A DNA stretch of 64,000 nucleotides from Candidatus Nanohalarchaeota archaeon (GCA_017610385.1 JAFCCC010000002.1:112424-176423); one strand, 5' to 3'; counted from the first letter of the stretch, positions 37,200-48,192 are shown. Notes: generated by a model from the sequence alone, not told the origin. Translations and numbers: made by a program.

Positions 37200-38366
37200 A
37201 TGATAAATATTTTCTTGTTTCTTGCGATTGTATTTTTCTTTACATTTGTGATTGGAAAATTATTAGAAAAGATAAGAATTCCATGGATTTTTGCTGCATT
37301 GCTTTTGGGTGTTTTACTATCAATATATTCCCCATTTAGTTCTATTACTTCTTCGCCTACATTTACATTTCTTGCACAACTTGGTATGTATTTCTTACTT
37401 TTTATAATCGGTTTTGAGATAAATCTGAAAAAAATGAAAAAGAAACGTAATTTTCTTATAAAAGCGACATTTTTTATTATTTTTCTAGAAGCCATTTTTG
37501 GAAGTATTGTTATTTATTTTGTCTTTCAAACTACTTGGTTCATAGCATTTTTAGTGGCATTATCTTTTGCAACCGTTGGCGAAGCAATTCTGATTCCTAT
37601 TCTAGACGAATTTAAAATAATAAATACTCGTCTCGGACAGGCGATAATAGGAATAGGAACCTTAGATGACGTTATTGAAATAATGACTTTAATTTCAGTT
37701 GTTATTTTGATTGGTTCTCGTATTCAGACTCCTTTTAACCTCGGTTTAATAATAGGTTCACTATTTGTTTTGTTTGCTCTAACAGTAGGTCTTACTAAAC
37801 TTAAAAAACAAGGTATAAAATTCAAATTTAAAAATATAGAAACTCTTTTTTTATTTGTTGTTTTTGTATTTTTCTTATTTTTGGGAATTGGAATTTATGG
37901 TGAAATTGCGCCCTTAGCAGCATTACTTGCGGGAATTGGGCTTAGAACATTTATTCCAGAAAAAAGATTGAAACTAATAGAAAATGAAGTTAAGACAATT
38001 TGCTATGGTTTTTTTGCGCCACTATTTTTCTTGTGGGTTGGTGCCTCAATGAATATGACGTATCTTGTTACATATCCATTAATTATTATATTAATTGCGA
38101 GCGTATCAATTGCAGCGAAACTTTTAGGTAGTTATGTCGTTGGAAAAAGAGAATTTGGTAAGAAGAAATCGATTTTGCTTGGTATTGGGCTTTCAGTAAG
38201 GTTTAGTACCAGCATTATTGTGATAAAAATTCTGTTTGATAGCGGTTTAATTAGTGTGGGATTGTATTCTGTTATTATTGCTTCAAGTCTGGTATTTACA
38301 TTTATTATTCCAATTTTATTTTCTAACCTGCTTGTAAGATGGAAAATATCTAAAATCAAAGAATAA
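37200..38366 (+). CDS. Cation:proton antiporter (CPA2)
   Basis: FLLF.IG.E, LDD, FFAPLFF..VG; about 12 TM helices. Confidence 0.88.
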   Translation: MINIFLFLAIVFFFTFVIGKLLEKIRIPWIFAALLLGVLLSIYSPFSSITSSPTFTFLAQLGMYFLLFIIGFEINLKKMKKKRNFLIKATFFIIFLEAIFGSIVIYFVFQTTWFIAFLVALSFATVGEAILIPILDEFKIINTRLGQAIIGIGTLDDVIEIMTLISVVILIGSRIQTPFNLGLIIGSLFVLFALTVGLTKLKKQGIKFKFKNIETLFLFVVFVFFLFLGIGIYGEIAPLAALLAGIGLRTFIPEKRLKLIENEVKTICYGFFAPLFFLWVGASMNMTYLVTYPLIIILIASVSIAAKLLGSYVVGKREFGKKKSILLGIGLSVRFSTSIIVIKILFDSGLISVGLYSVIIASSLVFTFIIPILFSNLLVRWKISKIKE

Positions 38367-38379
38367 GAGGAAATTAAAA

Positions 38380-40923
38380 ATGTCGCAAGAATTGGGATTA
38401 ACAACAGAAGAAGCAAGAAAAAGATTGGAAAAATATGGTCAAAATGAAATAAAAAGAATTCATAAAATACATCCTACGAAAATATTTATTTCTCAATTTA
38501 CATCTCCATTAATTTTAATCTTGATTGCGGTAGCAGTAATCTCGTGGGGAATTGGTTTTCTTCCAAGGCAAGATTCAAATATAGCAGATACTATTTTGAT
38601 TTTACTGATAGTTCTTGTTTCTGGTGTCTCTGGATTCTTTCAAGAGTATAAATCTGAGAAAACAATAGAGGCTCTTCAAAAAATGGCTGTTCCTACCGCA
38701 AGAGTTATTAGAGATGGAAAAGAAAAGGAAATAAAAGTGACTCAAATTGTTCCGGGGGATTTGGTTTTGCTTGAATCTGGTGATGTAGTACATGCAGATG
38801 CCAAAATAATAGATTCATTTGGTCTCAAAATTGATGAATCAGTTTTAACAGGGGAATCTAGAGCAGTAAGTAAAAAGCCTTCAGATGTTCTCTTCAGGAA
38901 TACGTTTGTTACTTCTGGCAATGCAAAAGTAATAGTTACAGCAACAGGAATGCAAACAAAAGTAGGAAGCATTGCAGTTAAACTTCAAAATATGAAAGAA
39001 GAAAAAACTTCATTTCAAATAGAACTAAGTAAATTTAGCAAGAAAATTTCCTTTGCAATTCTAGGCATAATTGTAATTATGATGTCTCTTAGTCTTTTTA
39101 AATACAGCTTATACGCGTCATTACTTATTTCCATCTCATTAGCTGTTGCTGCAATTCCAGAAGGTTTACCTGCGGTTGTGGTTCTTACTCTTGCTGTTGC
39201 AGCGAGAGTGATGTCAAAAAAGAATGCGCTGATAAGAAAATTGTCAGTAACAGAATCTGTAGGTGCTGTGAATATTATTTGTACTGATAAAACTGGAACA
39301 TTAACAAAAAATGAAATGATTGTAACTAAGTTATTTTTTAATAATGCTGTTCTTGATGTTTCTAAAATTCAGAAAATGAAAATTGAAGAAATAAAACCGC
39401 TTCTTGTTTGTGGCGCATTATGCAATAATTCTCGAATAGGTTCTGATGAAAATGAAAATAAGAAATATTTGGGTGACCAGACAGAAGTTGCTTTAAGACA
39501 GATTTCAGATAAATTTGGATTCGTAAAAGAAAAACTGGAAAAAGACTATGAAATACTGGATGAACTCTCGTTTACATCTAAAAGAAAGATGATGAGCGTT
39601 ATTTGTAGTTCTTCGGATCCGGACACATATTTTATTTATTCAAAGGGCGCTCCAGAAGTGCTTATAGAACGGTGTGATAGGATTTATAAGAATAAAAAAA
39701 TCTTAAAAATGAATAAGGGGATGAAGGAACAAATTTTGGAACAAAATAAAAAATTTGCTTCTCAAGCGCTACGAGTTTTGGGTTTTGCTTTCAAAGAGAC
39801 AAAAAATCCAAAAAAAGACACAGAAAAAAATCTGATTTGGATAGGTCTGGAGGCAATGATAGATCCGCCTAGAAAAGAAGTTAGAGAAGCTCTAATAGAG
39901 TGTAGAAACGCGGGGATACGAGTTATTATTTTAACTGGAGATAATCCTCTAACTGCAAGAGCCATAGCAAATGAAATTGGGCTGAAAAGTAAAGATGTTT
40001 TAATTGGAAAAGAATTAGATAAACTTAGCGATAAAGAACTTGAAGCAAAATTAAAGTCTGGCACAAACATTTTTGCAAGAATTTCATCATTTCACAAATT
40101 GCGTATTTTGGAGATTTTAAAAAAAGAAAACAAAGTGGCAATGACTGGTGATGGGGTTAATGATGCTTTAGCTTTAAAAAAGGCAGATGTTGGAATTGCC
40201 ATGGAAATCCGAGGAACAGAAGTAGCTAAAGAAGCTAGCGATATGATTTTACTTGATGACAATTTTGCAACAATAACGTTAGCCATAAAAGAAGGGAGAA
40301 GAATTTTTGATAATATAAGAAAATTTGTTAATTATCTATTTGTGTGTAATTTTGCAGAAGTAGGAATATTGCTTTTAGCTACTTTATTTTTAACGCTTAA
40401 GGAACCGATTCTTTTACCCATACAGATTTTATGGATTAATTTATTAACATATGGGTTACCTGCGCTTGCTTTGGGGGTTGATCCAGCCAGACCAGATATT
40501 ATGCACAAACTACCAAGAAAAAAAGGGGAACCAATAATAAATAAACGTTTAGGTTGGTTGATAGGAACAATTGGAATTAAAAAGATGCTCATTTTATTTG
40601 CCACCTTTTTCGTGATTTTGCCTTTTGGAGTAGAGTTAGCTAGAAGCACATTATTTACAGGATTTATTCTTTATGAATTTGTAAGAATTGCTACAATAAG
40701 ATATCAAGAAAAATTGAACTGGTTTTCAAATAAATGGCTTCTTATCGCCCTGTTTGGTTCTGTCGCATTACAATTATTAATTATATATACCCCTCTAAAT
40801 CGATTTTTTCACATAGTGCCGTTGGGGTGGTATGAATGGGCAATTCTTCTTGCAGGAATACTGTTAGGGTATATTTTAGCTATATTAATAACTAAACTGA
40901 TACTGAAATTTGTTAAAGAATAA
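38380..40923 (+). CDS. P-type ATPase, type IIA-like (Ca2+/cation), with substitutions at conserved sites
   Basis: TGES, IPEGLP, DKTGTLT, KGAPE, TGD, GDGVND. Confidence 0.93.
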   Translation: MSQELGLTTEEARKRLEKYGQNEIKRIHKIHPTKIFISQFTSPLILILIAVAVISWGIGFLPRQDSNIADTILILLIVLVSGVSGFFQEYKSEKTIEALQKMAVPTARVIRDGKEKEIKVTQIVPGDLVLLESGDVVHADAKIIDSFGLKIDESVLTGESRAVSKKPSDVLFRNTFVTSGNAKVIVTATGMQTKVGSIAVKLQNMKEEKTSFQIELSKFSKKISFAILGIIVIMMSLSLFKYSLYASLLISISLAVAAIPEGLPAVVVLTLAVAARVMSKKNALIRKLSVTESVGAVNIICTDKTGTLTKNEMIVTKLFFNNAVLDVSKIQKMKIEEIKPLLVCGALCNNSRIGSDENENKKYLGDQTEVALRQISDKFGFVKEKLEKDYEILDELSFTSKRKMMSVICSSSDPDTYFIYSKGAPEVLIERCDRIYKNKKILKMNKGMKEQILEQNKKFASQALRVLGFAFKETKNPKKDTEKNLIWIGLEAMIDPPRKEVREALIECRNAGIRVIILTGDNPLTARAIANEIGLKSKDVLIGKELDKLSDKELEAKLKSGTNIFARISSFHKLRILEILKKENKVAMTGDGVNDALALKKADVGIAMEIRGTEVAKEASDMILLDDNFATITLAIKEGRRIFDNIRKFVNYLFVCNFAEVGILLLATLFLTLKEPILLPIQILWINLLTYGLPALALGVDPARPDIMHKLPRKKGEPIINKRLGWLIGTIGIKKMLILFATFFVILPFGVELARSTLFTGFILYEFVRIATIRYQEKLNWFSNKWLLIALFGSVALQLLIIYTPLNRFFHIVPLGWYEWAILLAGILLGYILAILITKLILKFVKE

Positions 40924-41128
40924 ATTACCTATGCTGAACCTATAAAATTAAAAAGGGAGATAGAAAATTTATGGAAAAATTAAGACGTCAAAATAGGTCA
41001 AAAATCGCATGAATTTTATTAGTCCGGCAGTAATGCGTTAACTTTAAAAAGGTTAGTATAATGTAATATGATAAGCTGCTGTAGTCTTTCTGATAAAATT
41101 CCACTCAGCCCAACTCATCGTGATTGAT

Positions 41129-41359
41129 ATGACAAAGAACAAACTGACGCAGGAGTTAGTCCCGAATCATAAGAAATTAAGTGAGGGGGAAGCTAAAAAA
41201 ATTCTAGAAAGCTACAAAATTAATAAAAAACAATTACCAAAGATTAGTTTAACAGATCCCGCCTTAAAAGGAATGGATTCGGAAAAGGGGGATGTTATAG
41301 AAATAACACGGAAAAGTCAAACTGCGGGTACTGCAATGTATTATAGAATCGCGTATTAG
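41129..41359 (+). CDS. rpoH: RNA polymerase subunit H (Rpo5)
   Basis: LVP.H..L, LPKI...DP, GDVIEI.R.S.TAG...YYR. Confidence 0.95.
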   Translation: MTKNKLTQELVPNHKKLSEGEAKKILESYKINKKQLPKISLTDPALKGMDSEKGDVIEITRKSQTAGTAMYYRIAY

Positions 41360-41375
41360 TTGGGTTTAGATAAAG

Positions 41376-42836
41376 ATGAAGTTAGATTTCCTGAAATACT
41401 TAAATGAGAAAACATTGGTTAAGCATCAAATAGATTCTTATAATGATTTTGTGGTTAATAGGTTACAACGAATTATAAATGATATTGAAGAAATTAAACC
41501 AGAATTATTGGGTGGTGAAGATTTGGTTATTAAACTAGGTCGTATTTCTGTTGAAGAACCAATTGTTAAAGAAGCTGACGGATCTATTAGAAAAATTTTG
41601 CCAAGTGAAGCACGAACCCGAAATTTAACTTATGCTTCACGATTAAGAGTAACAATGACTCCTGTTTTTGAAGGAGTTAAACAAGATTCTGAAAAAGTTA
41701 TTATTGGAGAAATTCCTGTTATGGTAAAGTCAATTATTTGTCCAACAGCTAAAATGAATAAAGAAGAATTAGAAAAAAGTGGTGAAGATCCAGATGATCC
41801 TGGTGGCTATTTTATAATTAATGGTTCAGAAAAGGTTATTGTAACTTCAGAAGAATTAGCAAATAACCAACCAATGTATCTTAGGGACTTAGGCGAAGAA
41901 ATTGCTCGTTTGAACTCTGAAAGACGAGGTTATGTGCAAAGACATGTATTCAGACGAAAACATGGAATTATTTACTTAAATTTTGCGAATGTAAAAAGTG
42001 TTCCTGCTGTTGTGGTTATGCGCGCGTTGGGAATGGAAACTGATAAAGAAATTATAGAAGCAATCTCTGAAAAATACGCGGGAGAGGTTTATTTGAATAT
42101 TTATGAAAGCGAGGTTTCAACAAAAGAAGAGGCTGTTGATGTTATTGGTAAAAAAGCAAGCGTTACAAAAGACAGGGAATCTCGAGTTTATACAATACTT
42201 GATAAGTATTTATTACCTCACTTGGGTCAAGACCCTGAAATTAGAAAGTTAAAAGCAGAATATTTAGGAAAAATTATCAAAAATTTAGTTGCATTGGCCA
42301 AAGGAGATTTACAAGAGGATGACATAGATCACTATGCAAATAAAAGATTAAAATTAGCAGGAGACTTATTGGAAATGCAATTCCGGTCTGTTTTCTTAGG
42401 CAAATGGGGTTTCGTTGCAAGAATAAAATATAATTTTCAGAAAAGTGTTAAAAGAGGAAGAATGCCCTCTTTGCAATCTACGGTTGTTGCAGATACTTTA
42501 ACAAAACAAATTATGAGTGCTATGGCAACTGGTAGTTGGGTTGGTGGAAGAACGGGTGTCGCTCAAAGACTAGAAAGAAGTAATTTCTTGAAAGCATTAG
42601 ATCATTTAAGAAATGTTGTATCTCCGTTAAGTTCTCAAAGACAACACTTTGAAGCGAGAGAATTACATGCAACTCAATGGGGTAGATTATGCCCAATTAA
42701 AACGCCAGAAGGTATGAATATTGGTTTAAGAAAATATTTGGCGTCTTTTGCACTGATTACTAATGGAATCCCAGAAAAAGAAAGAACTCCGTTAAAAGAA
42801 GTACTTCTAAAAAATTTAAAAGAAGGTGAAAAATGA
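41376..42836 (+). CDS. rpoB2: RNA polymerase subunit B''
   Basis: HQIDSYN.F, DPGGYFIINGSEKV, RELH.TQWGRLCP..TPEG. Confidence 0.96.
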   Translation: MKLDFLKYLNEKTLVKHQIDSYNDFVVNRLQRIINDIEEIKPELLGGEDLVIKLGRISVEEPIVKEADGSIRKILPSEARTRNLTYASRLRVTMTPVFEGVKQDSEKVIIGEIPVMVKSIICPTAKMNKEELEKSGEDPDDPGGYFIINGSEKVIVTSEELANNQPMYLRDLGEEIARLNSERRGYVQRHVFRRKHGIIYLNFANVKSVPAVVVMRALGMETDKEIIEAISEKYAGEVYLNIYESEVSTKEEAVDVIGKKASVTKDRESRVYTILDKYLLPHLGQDPEIRKLKAEYLGKIIKNLVALAKGDLQEDDIDHYANKRLKLAGDLLEMQFRSVFLGKWGFVARIKYNFQKSVKRGRMPSLQSTVVADTLTKQIMSAMATGSWVGGRTGVAQRLERSNFLKALDHLRNVVSPLSSQRQHFEARELHATQWGRLCPIKTPEGMNIGLRKYLASFALITNGIPEKERTPLKEVLLKNLKEGEK

Positions 42837-44635
42837 CTGATGTATATTTAGATGGAGAATTAATTAGTACAACAAATAATGCAGAAAAACTAAGAAAATA
42901 TGTCATTACATCTCGAAGAAAAGGAGAATTAAACGAAGAAATTAATGTTTATTTAGATACGACAAAAGATGAATTAAGAATTTTAACTGATTCTGGAAGA
43001 GTTCGAAGACCTTTAATTATTGTAGATGAAGGGAAACCAAGGATTACAGAGGATCACCTTAGAAAATTGGAAACAGGTGAATTAAAATTTTCAGAATTAG
43101 CAAAAGAAGGAATAATTGAATATTTGGATGCTAGTGAAGAAGAGAATTCTTATGTTGCATTAAATTTAGAGGATGTAACCAGAGAGCATACTCATTTAGA
43201 AATGGATCCTGCAATTATTCATGGTTTATCTGCATCAGTTGTAGTTTATCCGCAATACAATAGAGGAGATCGTGTAAATTATGGATCTAAAATGTGTACA
43301 CAAGGGCTTGGAATGTATGCTAAAAACTTCCATTCTAGATTTGATACAAATTCTAATATACTCCTTTATGCACAAAAACCGCTTGTTTCAACTCAAAGCT
43401 CTGATAAATTAATTGGGACCCATCCAATAGGACAAAACATGATTATTGCTATTGCTTCTTTTGAAGGATATAATATGGAAGATGCAGTTATCATGAATAA
43501 AGCATCTGTCGAAAGAGGGTTAGGAAGATCATTTTATTTTAGAACATATACCACAGAAGCAAGAAGATATTGGGGCGGTCAAAAAGATAGGGTAGGAATT
43601 CCAGACAAAGACGTTAGAGGATATAGATCAGAAGAAGCTTATCAACATTTGCCAGATGATGGTATAATTAATCCAGAAACGTTTGCTAATGAAAATTCAG
43701 TTTTAGTCGGAAAAATGTCTCCGCCAAAGTTCTTAGGATCTTCAGAAGAAGTTAAATTGGGTCTAGCTGCAAGCAGAGAAACCTCGACAACGGTTAGAAG
43801 TGGGGAATCAGGAATGGTGGATAAGGTTTTAGTTTCTGAAACAGCGGGAGGCAACAAATTGATTAAAGTAAAATTAAGAGAAGAAAGAATTCCAGAATTA
43901 GGTGATAAATTCGCATCAAGGCACGGCCAGAAAGGAGTTATTGGTTTAATTATTCGAGAGGAAGATATGCCATTTACGAGAAATGGTATTGTTCCGGATT
44001 TAATTTTTAGTACTCATGCCATACCATCTAGAATGACAATATCTCATTTAATGGAATTAATTGGAAGTAAAGTTGCAGCTCTACGGGGCTCTTTTGTAGA
44101 TGGAACCGGATTCCATGGGCAATCTGAAGAGGACTTGAGAAAAGAACTACAAGAATTGGGATTTAGATATGACGGCAAAGAAAGAATGTACAATGGAATA
44201 ACTGGGGAATTAATTTCTGCTATGATCTTTATTGGCCCGATGTTTTACTTAAAATTAGAACACATGGTAGCAAATAAAATTCATGCAAGAAGCAGAGGTC
44301 CTGTAACATTATTAACAAAACAACCAACAGCAGGAAGAGCGAGAGAAGGTGGTTTAAGGCTTGGTGAAATGGAAAAAGATTGTTTTGTAAGTCACGGCTC
44401 TGCATTACTTCTAAAAGAAAGGTTCGGATCAGATTTTACAAGCACGTTTATTTGTCAGAAGTGTGGCGAATTAGCAGTGCAGGATAAAAGAAAGAAAATA
44501 GTTTATTGCCCAATTTGCAAAGACCGAGCAGAGTTAGTCGAAGTAAAAATACCACAAGCATTTATTTTACTATTAGATGAATTAAAAACACTACTAATTT
44601 CATTAAAGATAAAAACAGAGGAAAGTGAACTATGA
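42833..44635 (+). CDS. rpoB1: RNA polymerase subunit B'
   Basis: GYNMEDA, GDKFASRHGQKG, HARSRGP, GGLRLGEME, C-terminal Zn ribbon. Confidence 0.96.
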   Translation: MTDVYLDGELISTTNNAEKLRKYVITSRRKGELNEEINVYLDTTKDELRILTDSGRVRRPLIIVDEGKPRITEDHLRKLETGELKFSELAKEGIIEYLDASEEENSYVALNLEDVTREHTHLEMDPAIIHGLSASVVVYPQYNRGDRVNYGSKMCTQGLGMYAKNFHSRFDTNSNILLYAQKPLVSTQSSDKLIGTHPIGQNMIIAIASFEGYNMEDAVIMNKASVERGLGRSFYFRTYTTEARRYWGGQKDRVGIPDKDVRGYRSEEAYQHLPDDGIINPETFANENSVLVGKMSPPKFLGSSEEVKLGLAASRETSTTVRSGESGMVDKVLVSETAGGNKLIKVKLREERIPELGDKFASRHGQKGVIGLIIREEDMPFTRNGIVPDLIFSTHAIPSRMTISHLMELIGSKVAALRGSFVDGTGFHGQSEEDLRKELQELGFRYDGKERMYNGITGELISAMIFIGPMFYLKLEHMVANKIHARSRGPVTLLTKQPTAGRAREGGLRLGEMEKDCFVSHGSALLLKERFGSDFTSTFICQKCGELAVQDKRKKIVYCPICKDRAELVEVKIPQAFILLLDELKTLLISLKIKTEESEL

Positions 44636-47600
44636 GAAAAATTACACAACTAGAATTTGGGCTGGTCAGTCCTGAACGAATAAAACAGCTGGCTGTTAAA
44701 GAAATTACTAAAACAGAAGTGTATGATGCAGATGGTTATCCTGTAGAAGATGGGGTAATGGATCATCACTTGGGAGTCATTGATCCGGGAATGATTTGTG
44801 CTACCTGTGGAGGTAGAATGAAGGATTGTAATGGTCATTTTGGATATATTGACTTGGCAAAACCAGTAGTTCATGTGTTGTATGTTAAAAAAATTAGAAC
44901 ATTATTGAGATTTACGTGCACTAAATGTCAGGCATTATTAATGAAAGATGAAAAAGAGGGTTTTAAAAAAGGCAATTTATTAACAAAGTGTCCAAAATGT
45001 GGTGCAGAACAAAAACCAATCAAAATGGAAAAACCATATTTTTATTATGAAGGGGATACGCTTGTGAGTCCTGAAGAAATGAGACGAAGATTTGAAAATA
45101 TTCCTGATGAAACTGCTAGAAAACTAGGAATTAGAGGTGGGCGACCAGAATGGTTAATTTTAACTAGAGTTTTAGTTCCTCCAGTAACAATTAGGCCATC
45201 AATCACATTAGAAACAGGCGAAAGAAGTGAAGATGATTTAACACACAAATTAGTTGATGTTATTCGAATTAATCAACGTCTAAAAAATAATGTAGAAATA
45301 GGCGCTCCAGAATTTATCATAGAAGATTTATGGGAGCTTTTACAATATCACGTTTCCACTTTTATTAAGAATGATTTAACTGGTGTTCCTCCTGCAAGAC
45401 ACAGATCAGGTAGAGCTCTAAAAAGTCTAATCGAACGATTAGAAGGAAAAGAAGGACGATTTAGGCAAAATTTGATTGGAAAAAGAGCAAATTTTTCAGC
45501 AAGAACAGTTATCTCTCCAGATCCCAATATTGATTTTGATGAGGTTGGTGTTCCACAAATTATTGCACAAGAAATTACAATTCCCGTTGTCGTAAGAAAA
45601 GAAAACATAGAAGAAGCAAAACAATGGATTATAAACGGGGAAAAGTATCCGGGATCAAATTATATTATTAAAAAGGATGGTGGAAGAAAAAAGGTTACTG
45701 AATTAAACAAAGATATGCTTTTGGAAGAATTAATGCCGGGTTATAAAGTTGAGCGACATTTAATGGACGGTGACATTGTTTTATTTAACAGGCAACCATC
45801 TTTACATAGAATGAGCATAATGGCCCATAGAGTACGTGTTATGCCTTATAGAACGTTTAGATTAAATTTACTTGCTTGTGCACCATATAATGCGGATTTT
45901 GATGGAGATGAAATGAACTTACATGCGCCACAGACGCAAGAAGCGATGGTAGAAGCAAGAGAACTTTTGAAGATTACACATCATATAAAAAGTCCTAAAT
46001 TCGGGGGTCCGATTATTGGCTTCATTCAAGATCATGTTTCAGGACTTTATTTACTTTCTAAAGATACATTACCAAAGGAAGCTGCATTTAATTTACTAAT
46101 TCAATCAGGAGCCTATGACATGGAGCTTCCAAAAGGAAATGAAATCAAGGGAACCGACTTAATTAGTTTGTTTATTCCAAATAATATTAATTTAACAATG
46201 CCTGGTGCAACAGATGAAGAATTAGTCATAAAAAATGGAAAAATGATTTCTGGAGTTTTGGGTAAGAAAAGTATTGGAAATTATGGAGGAGAATTAATTA
46301 ACCAGATTTTATTAAATAATGGAGAAGAAGTTACTTCTGAATTTTTAAATAAAGTTTCTAAATTAGCAATTGCGTATTTGACAAGAAGAGGTTTCTCTAT
46401 TAGCACATCAGACTTGGAAGTTTCTCAAAAAGCTAAAAAAGAGATCAGAGAGTCTATCAAGAAAGGTCATAAAGCTGCTCAGGAAATTATTGATACATAT
46501 GAGAAAGGAGAATTAGAAGTAATGACTGGAAAAACCAAAAAAGAAACACTAGAAACAACTCTTGCAGTAAGATTACGATCAATTTCAACAGATGTTGAAA
46601 AGATTATTAAACAAGATATGGGAATGACCAGTGCACGAGTAATGGCAGAAAGCGGGTCGAGGGGATCTATAACAAATTTAGCGCTAATGGCGGGATTAAT
46701 GGGCCAAGAAACTGTGCGGGGTGCGCGTATTTCAAGAGGTTTTAAAAATAGAACTACGTCTCATTTTAGAGCAGGAGATTTAAGTCCAGGCGCTCATGGT
46801 TTTGTAGATTCGTCAATTATGGATGGTCTAAAACCAATTGAGTCTTTCTTTGATATTATGAGTCAGAGAGAAGGTTTAATGGATACGTCACTAAGAACCA
46901 GAACATCTGGTTATATGTATAGACGAGTTTCAAATGCCTTGCAAGATTTACGAGTAGAATATGATCTTTCTGTGCGGGGTGCAACAGGAACCATTGTTCA
47001 ATTTATGGCGGGAGAAGATGGAATAGATCCTTCAAAGAGTGATAAGGGAAAATCAGATCCAGATAAGATTGAACAGATGAAATTTGAACCAGGAGAAGCT
47101 ATCGGGGTTGTTGCAGCACAATCTATTGCAGAACCAGCCACGCAGATGACTATGGAAACATATCATTCTGCAGGTGCAGCAAAGGTATCTGTAACTTTAG
47201 GTTTACCAAGATTAATTGAATTGATAGATGCAAGAAAAAACCCTAAAACACCGTCTATGCAGATTTATCTGAAAAAGGAATTTAGCACAAAAGAAAAAGC
47301 AAAAGAAATAGCTTCTAAAATTAGAGAAGTTATGTTTGAAGATACAGTACAAGAAGATACTATTGATTTAATTAATTTAACAATTGAAATTATTTTGGAT
47401 GAAGAAATTTTAAAAGAATATAATCTTGCAGTTGAAGAAATAAAAGAAGTTCTTGAAAAAAGCACATTAACTGTTGATGTTACCGTGGAGGGAAATAAGC
47501 TCGTAATAAGACCTAAGAAAGATAATTATGATTTGGGTGATTTACAAAAGGTCAGAAAAAAGCTGTGGTCGATTCACGTCAAAGGAATTAAAGGAATTTC

Positions 47601-48192
47601 TCAAGTTGTTTTAAGTCAAGAGGGTGATGAGTGGAAAATTGAAACTGCAGGAACTAATTTGAAAAAAGTAAGGGAACTAGACGGAGTAGATGCGTATCGA
47701 ACAGTAAGTAATGATATTTTTGAAATAAGAAAGGTTCTTGGAATAGAGGCTGCTAGAAATTCAATCATAAATGAGATTCAAGACACTTTAAAGGAGCAAG
47801 GAATTTACATTGATGTCCGTTGGATTATGTTAGTAGCAGATACTATGACTTTGGATGGAGAAATTCATGGAGCAACAAGATATGGTATTGTAGGTGCCAA
47901 ATCTTCTGTATTGGCAAAAGCAAGTTTTGAAGAAACTAAAAAACATTTAACTAATGCCGCTATGAGAGGACAAGTAGATCATTTAAATAGTGTTGTTGAA
48001 AATGTGATTTTAGGACAATTGATCCCAGTTGGCACTGGTGTTATCAAATTAAGAGCCAAATTACCAGAGGTCGCATCAAAGAAAGAAAAACAGGTTACCA
48101 AAAAAGTTACAAAAACTAATGAAAAGGATAATAAATCAAAAACAGAAAAAGAAGGACCAATAAAATCCAAAGAAAAAGTGAAAAATAAATGA
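44632..48192 (+). CDS. rpoA: RNA polymerase subunit A, with A' and A'' fused
   Basis: NADFDGD active site; A' end (GEDGIDP) runs in frame into A'' motifs (PGEA.GVVAAQS..EP.TQMT, LGLPRLIE, ASFEET, GTG). Confidence 0.95.
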   Translation: MRKITQLEFGLVSPERIKQLAVKEITKTEVYDADGYPVEDGVMDHHLGVIDPGMICATCGGRMKDCNGHFGYIDLAKPVVHVLYVKKIRTLLRFTCTKCQALLMKDEKEGFKKGNLLTKCPKCGAEQKPIKMEKPYFYYEGDTLVSPEEMRRRFENIPDETARKLGIRGGRPEWLILTRVLVPPVTIRPSITLETGERSEDDLTHKLVDVIRINQRLKNNVEIGAPEFIIEDLWELLQYHVSTFIKNDLTGVPPARHRSGRALKSLIERLEGKEGRFRQNLIGKRANFSARTVISPDPNIDFDEVGVPQIIAQEITIPVVVRKENIEEAKQWIINGEKYPGSNYIIKKDGGRKKVTELNKDMLLEELMPGYKVERHLMDGDIVLFNRQPSLHRMSIMAHRVRVMPYRTFRLNLLACAPYNADFDGDEMNLHAPQTQEAMVEARELLKITHHIKSPKFGGPIIGFIQDHVSGLYLLSKDTLPKEAAFNLLIQSGAYDMELPKGNEIKGTDLISLFIPNNINLTMPGATDEELVIKNGKMISGVLGKKSIGNYGGELINQILLNNGEEVTSEFLNKVSKLAIAYLTRRGFSISTSDLEVSQKAKKEIRESIKKGHKAAQEIIDTYEKGELEVMTGKTKKETLETTLAVRLRSISTDVEKIIKQDMGMTSARVMAESGSRGSITNLALMAGLMGQETVRGARISRGFKNRTTSHFRAGDLSPGAHGFVDSSIMDGLKPIESFFDIMSQREGLMDTSLRTRTSGYMYRRVSNALQDLRVEYDLSVRGATGTIVQFMAGEDGIDPSKSDKGKSDPDKIEQMKFEPGEAIGVVAAQSIAEPATQMTMETYHSAGAAKVSVTLGLPRLIELIDARKNPKTPSMQIYLKKEFSTKEKAKEIASKIREVMFEDTVQEDTIDLINLTIEIILDEEILKEYNLAVEEIKEVLEKSTLTVDVTVEGNKLVIRPKKDNYDLGDLQKVRKKLWSIHVKGIKGISQVVLSQEGDEWKIETAGTNLKKVRELDGVDAYRTVSNDIFEIRKVLGIEAARNSIINEIQDTLKEQGIYIDVRWIMLVADTMTLDGEIHGATRYGIVGAKSSVLAKASFEETKKHLTNAAMRGQVDHLNSVVENVILGQLIPVGTGVIKLRAKLPEVASKKEKQVTKKVTKTNEKDNKSKTEKEGPIKSKEKVKNK

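Noticed and set aside
41060-41125. Possible C/D-box sRNA or tRNA fragment upstream of rpoH
   Set aside because: There is no proper C box with a terminal D box and no cloverleaf; the similarity is too short to support.
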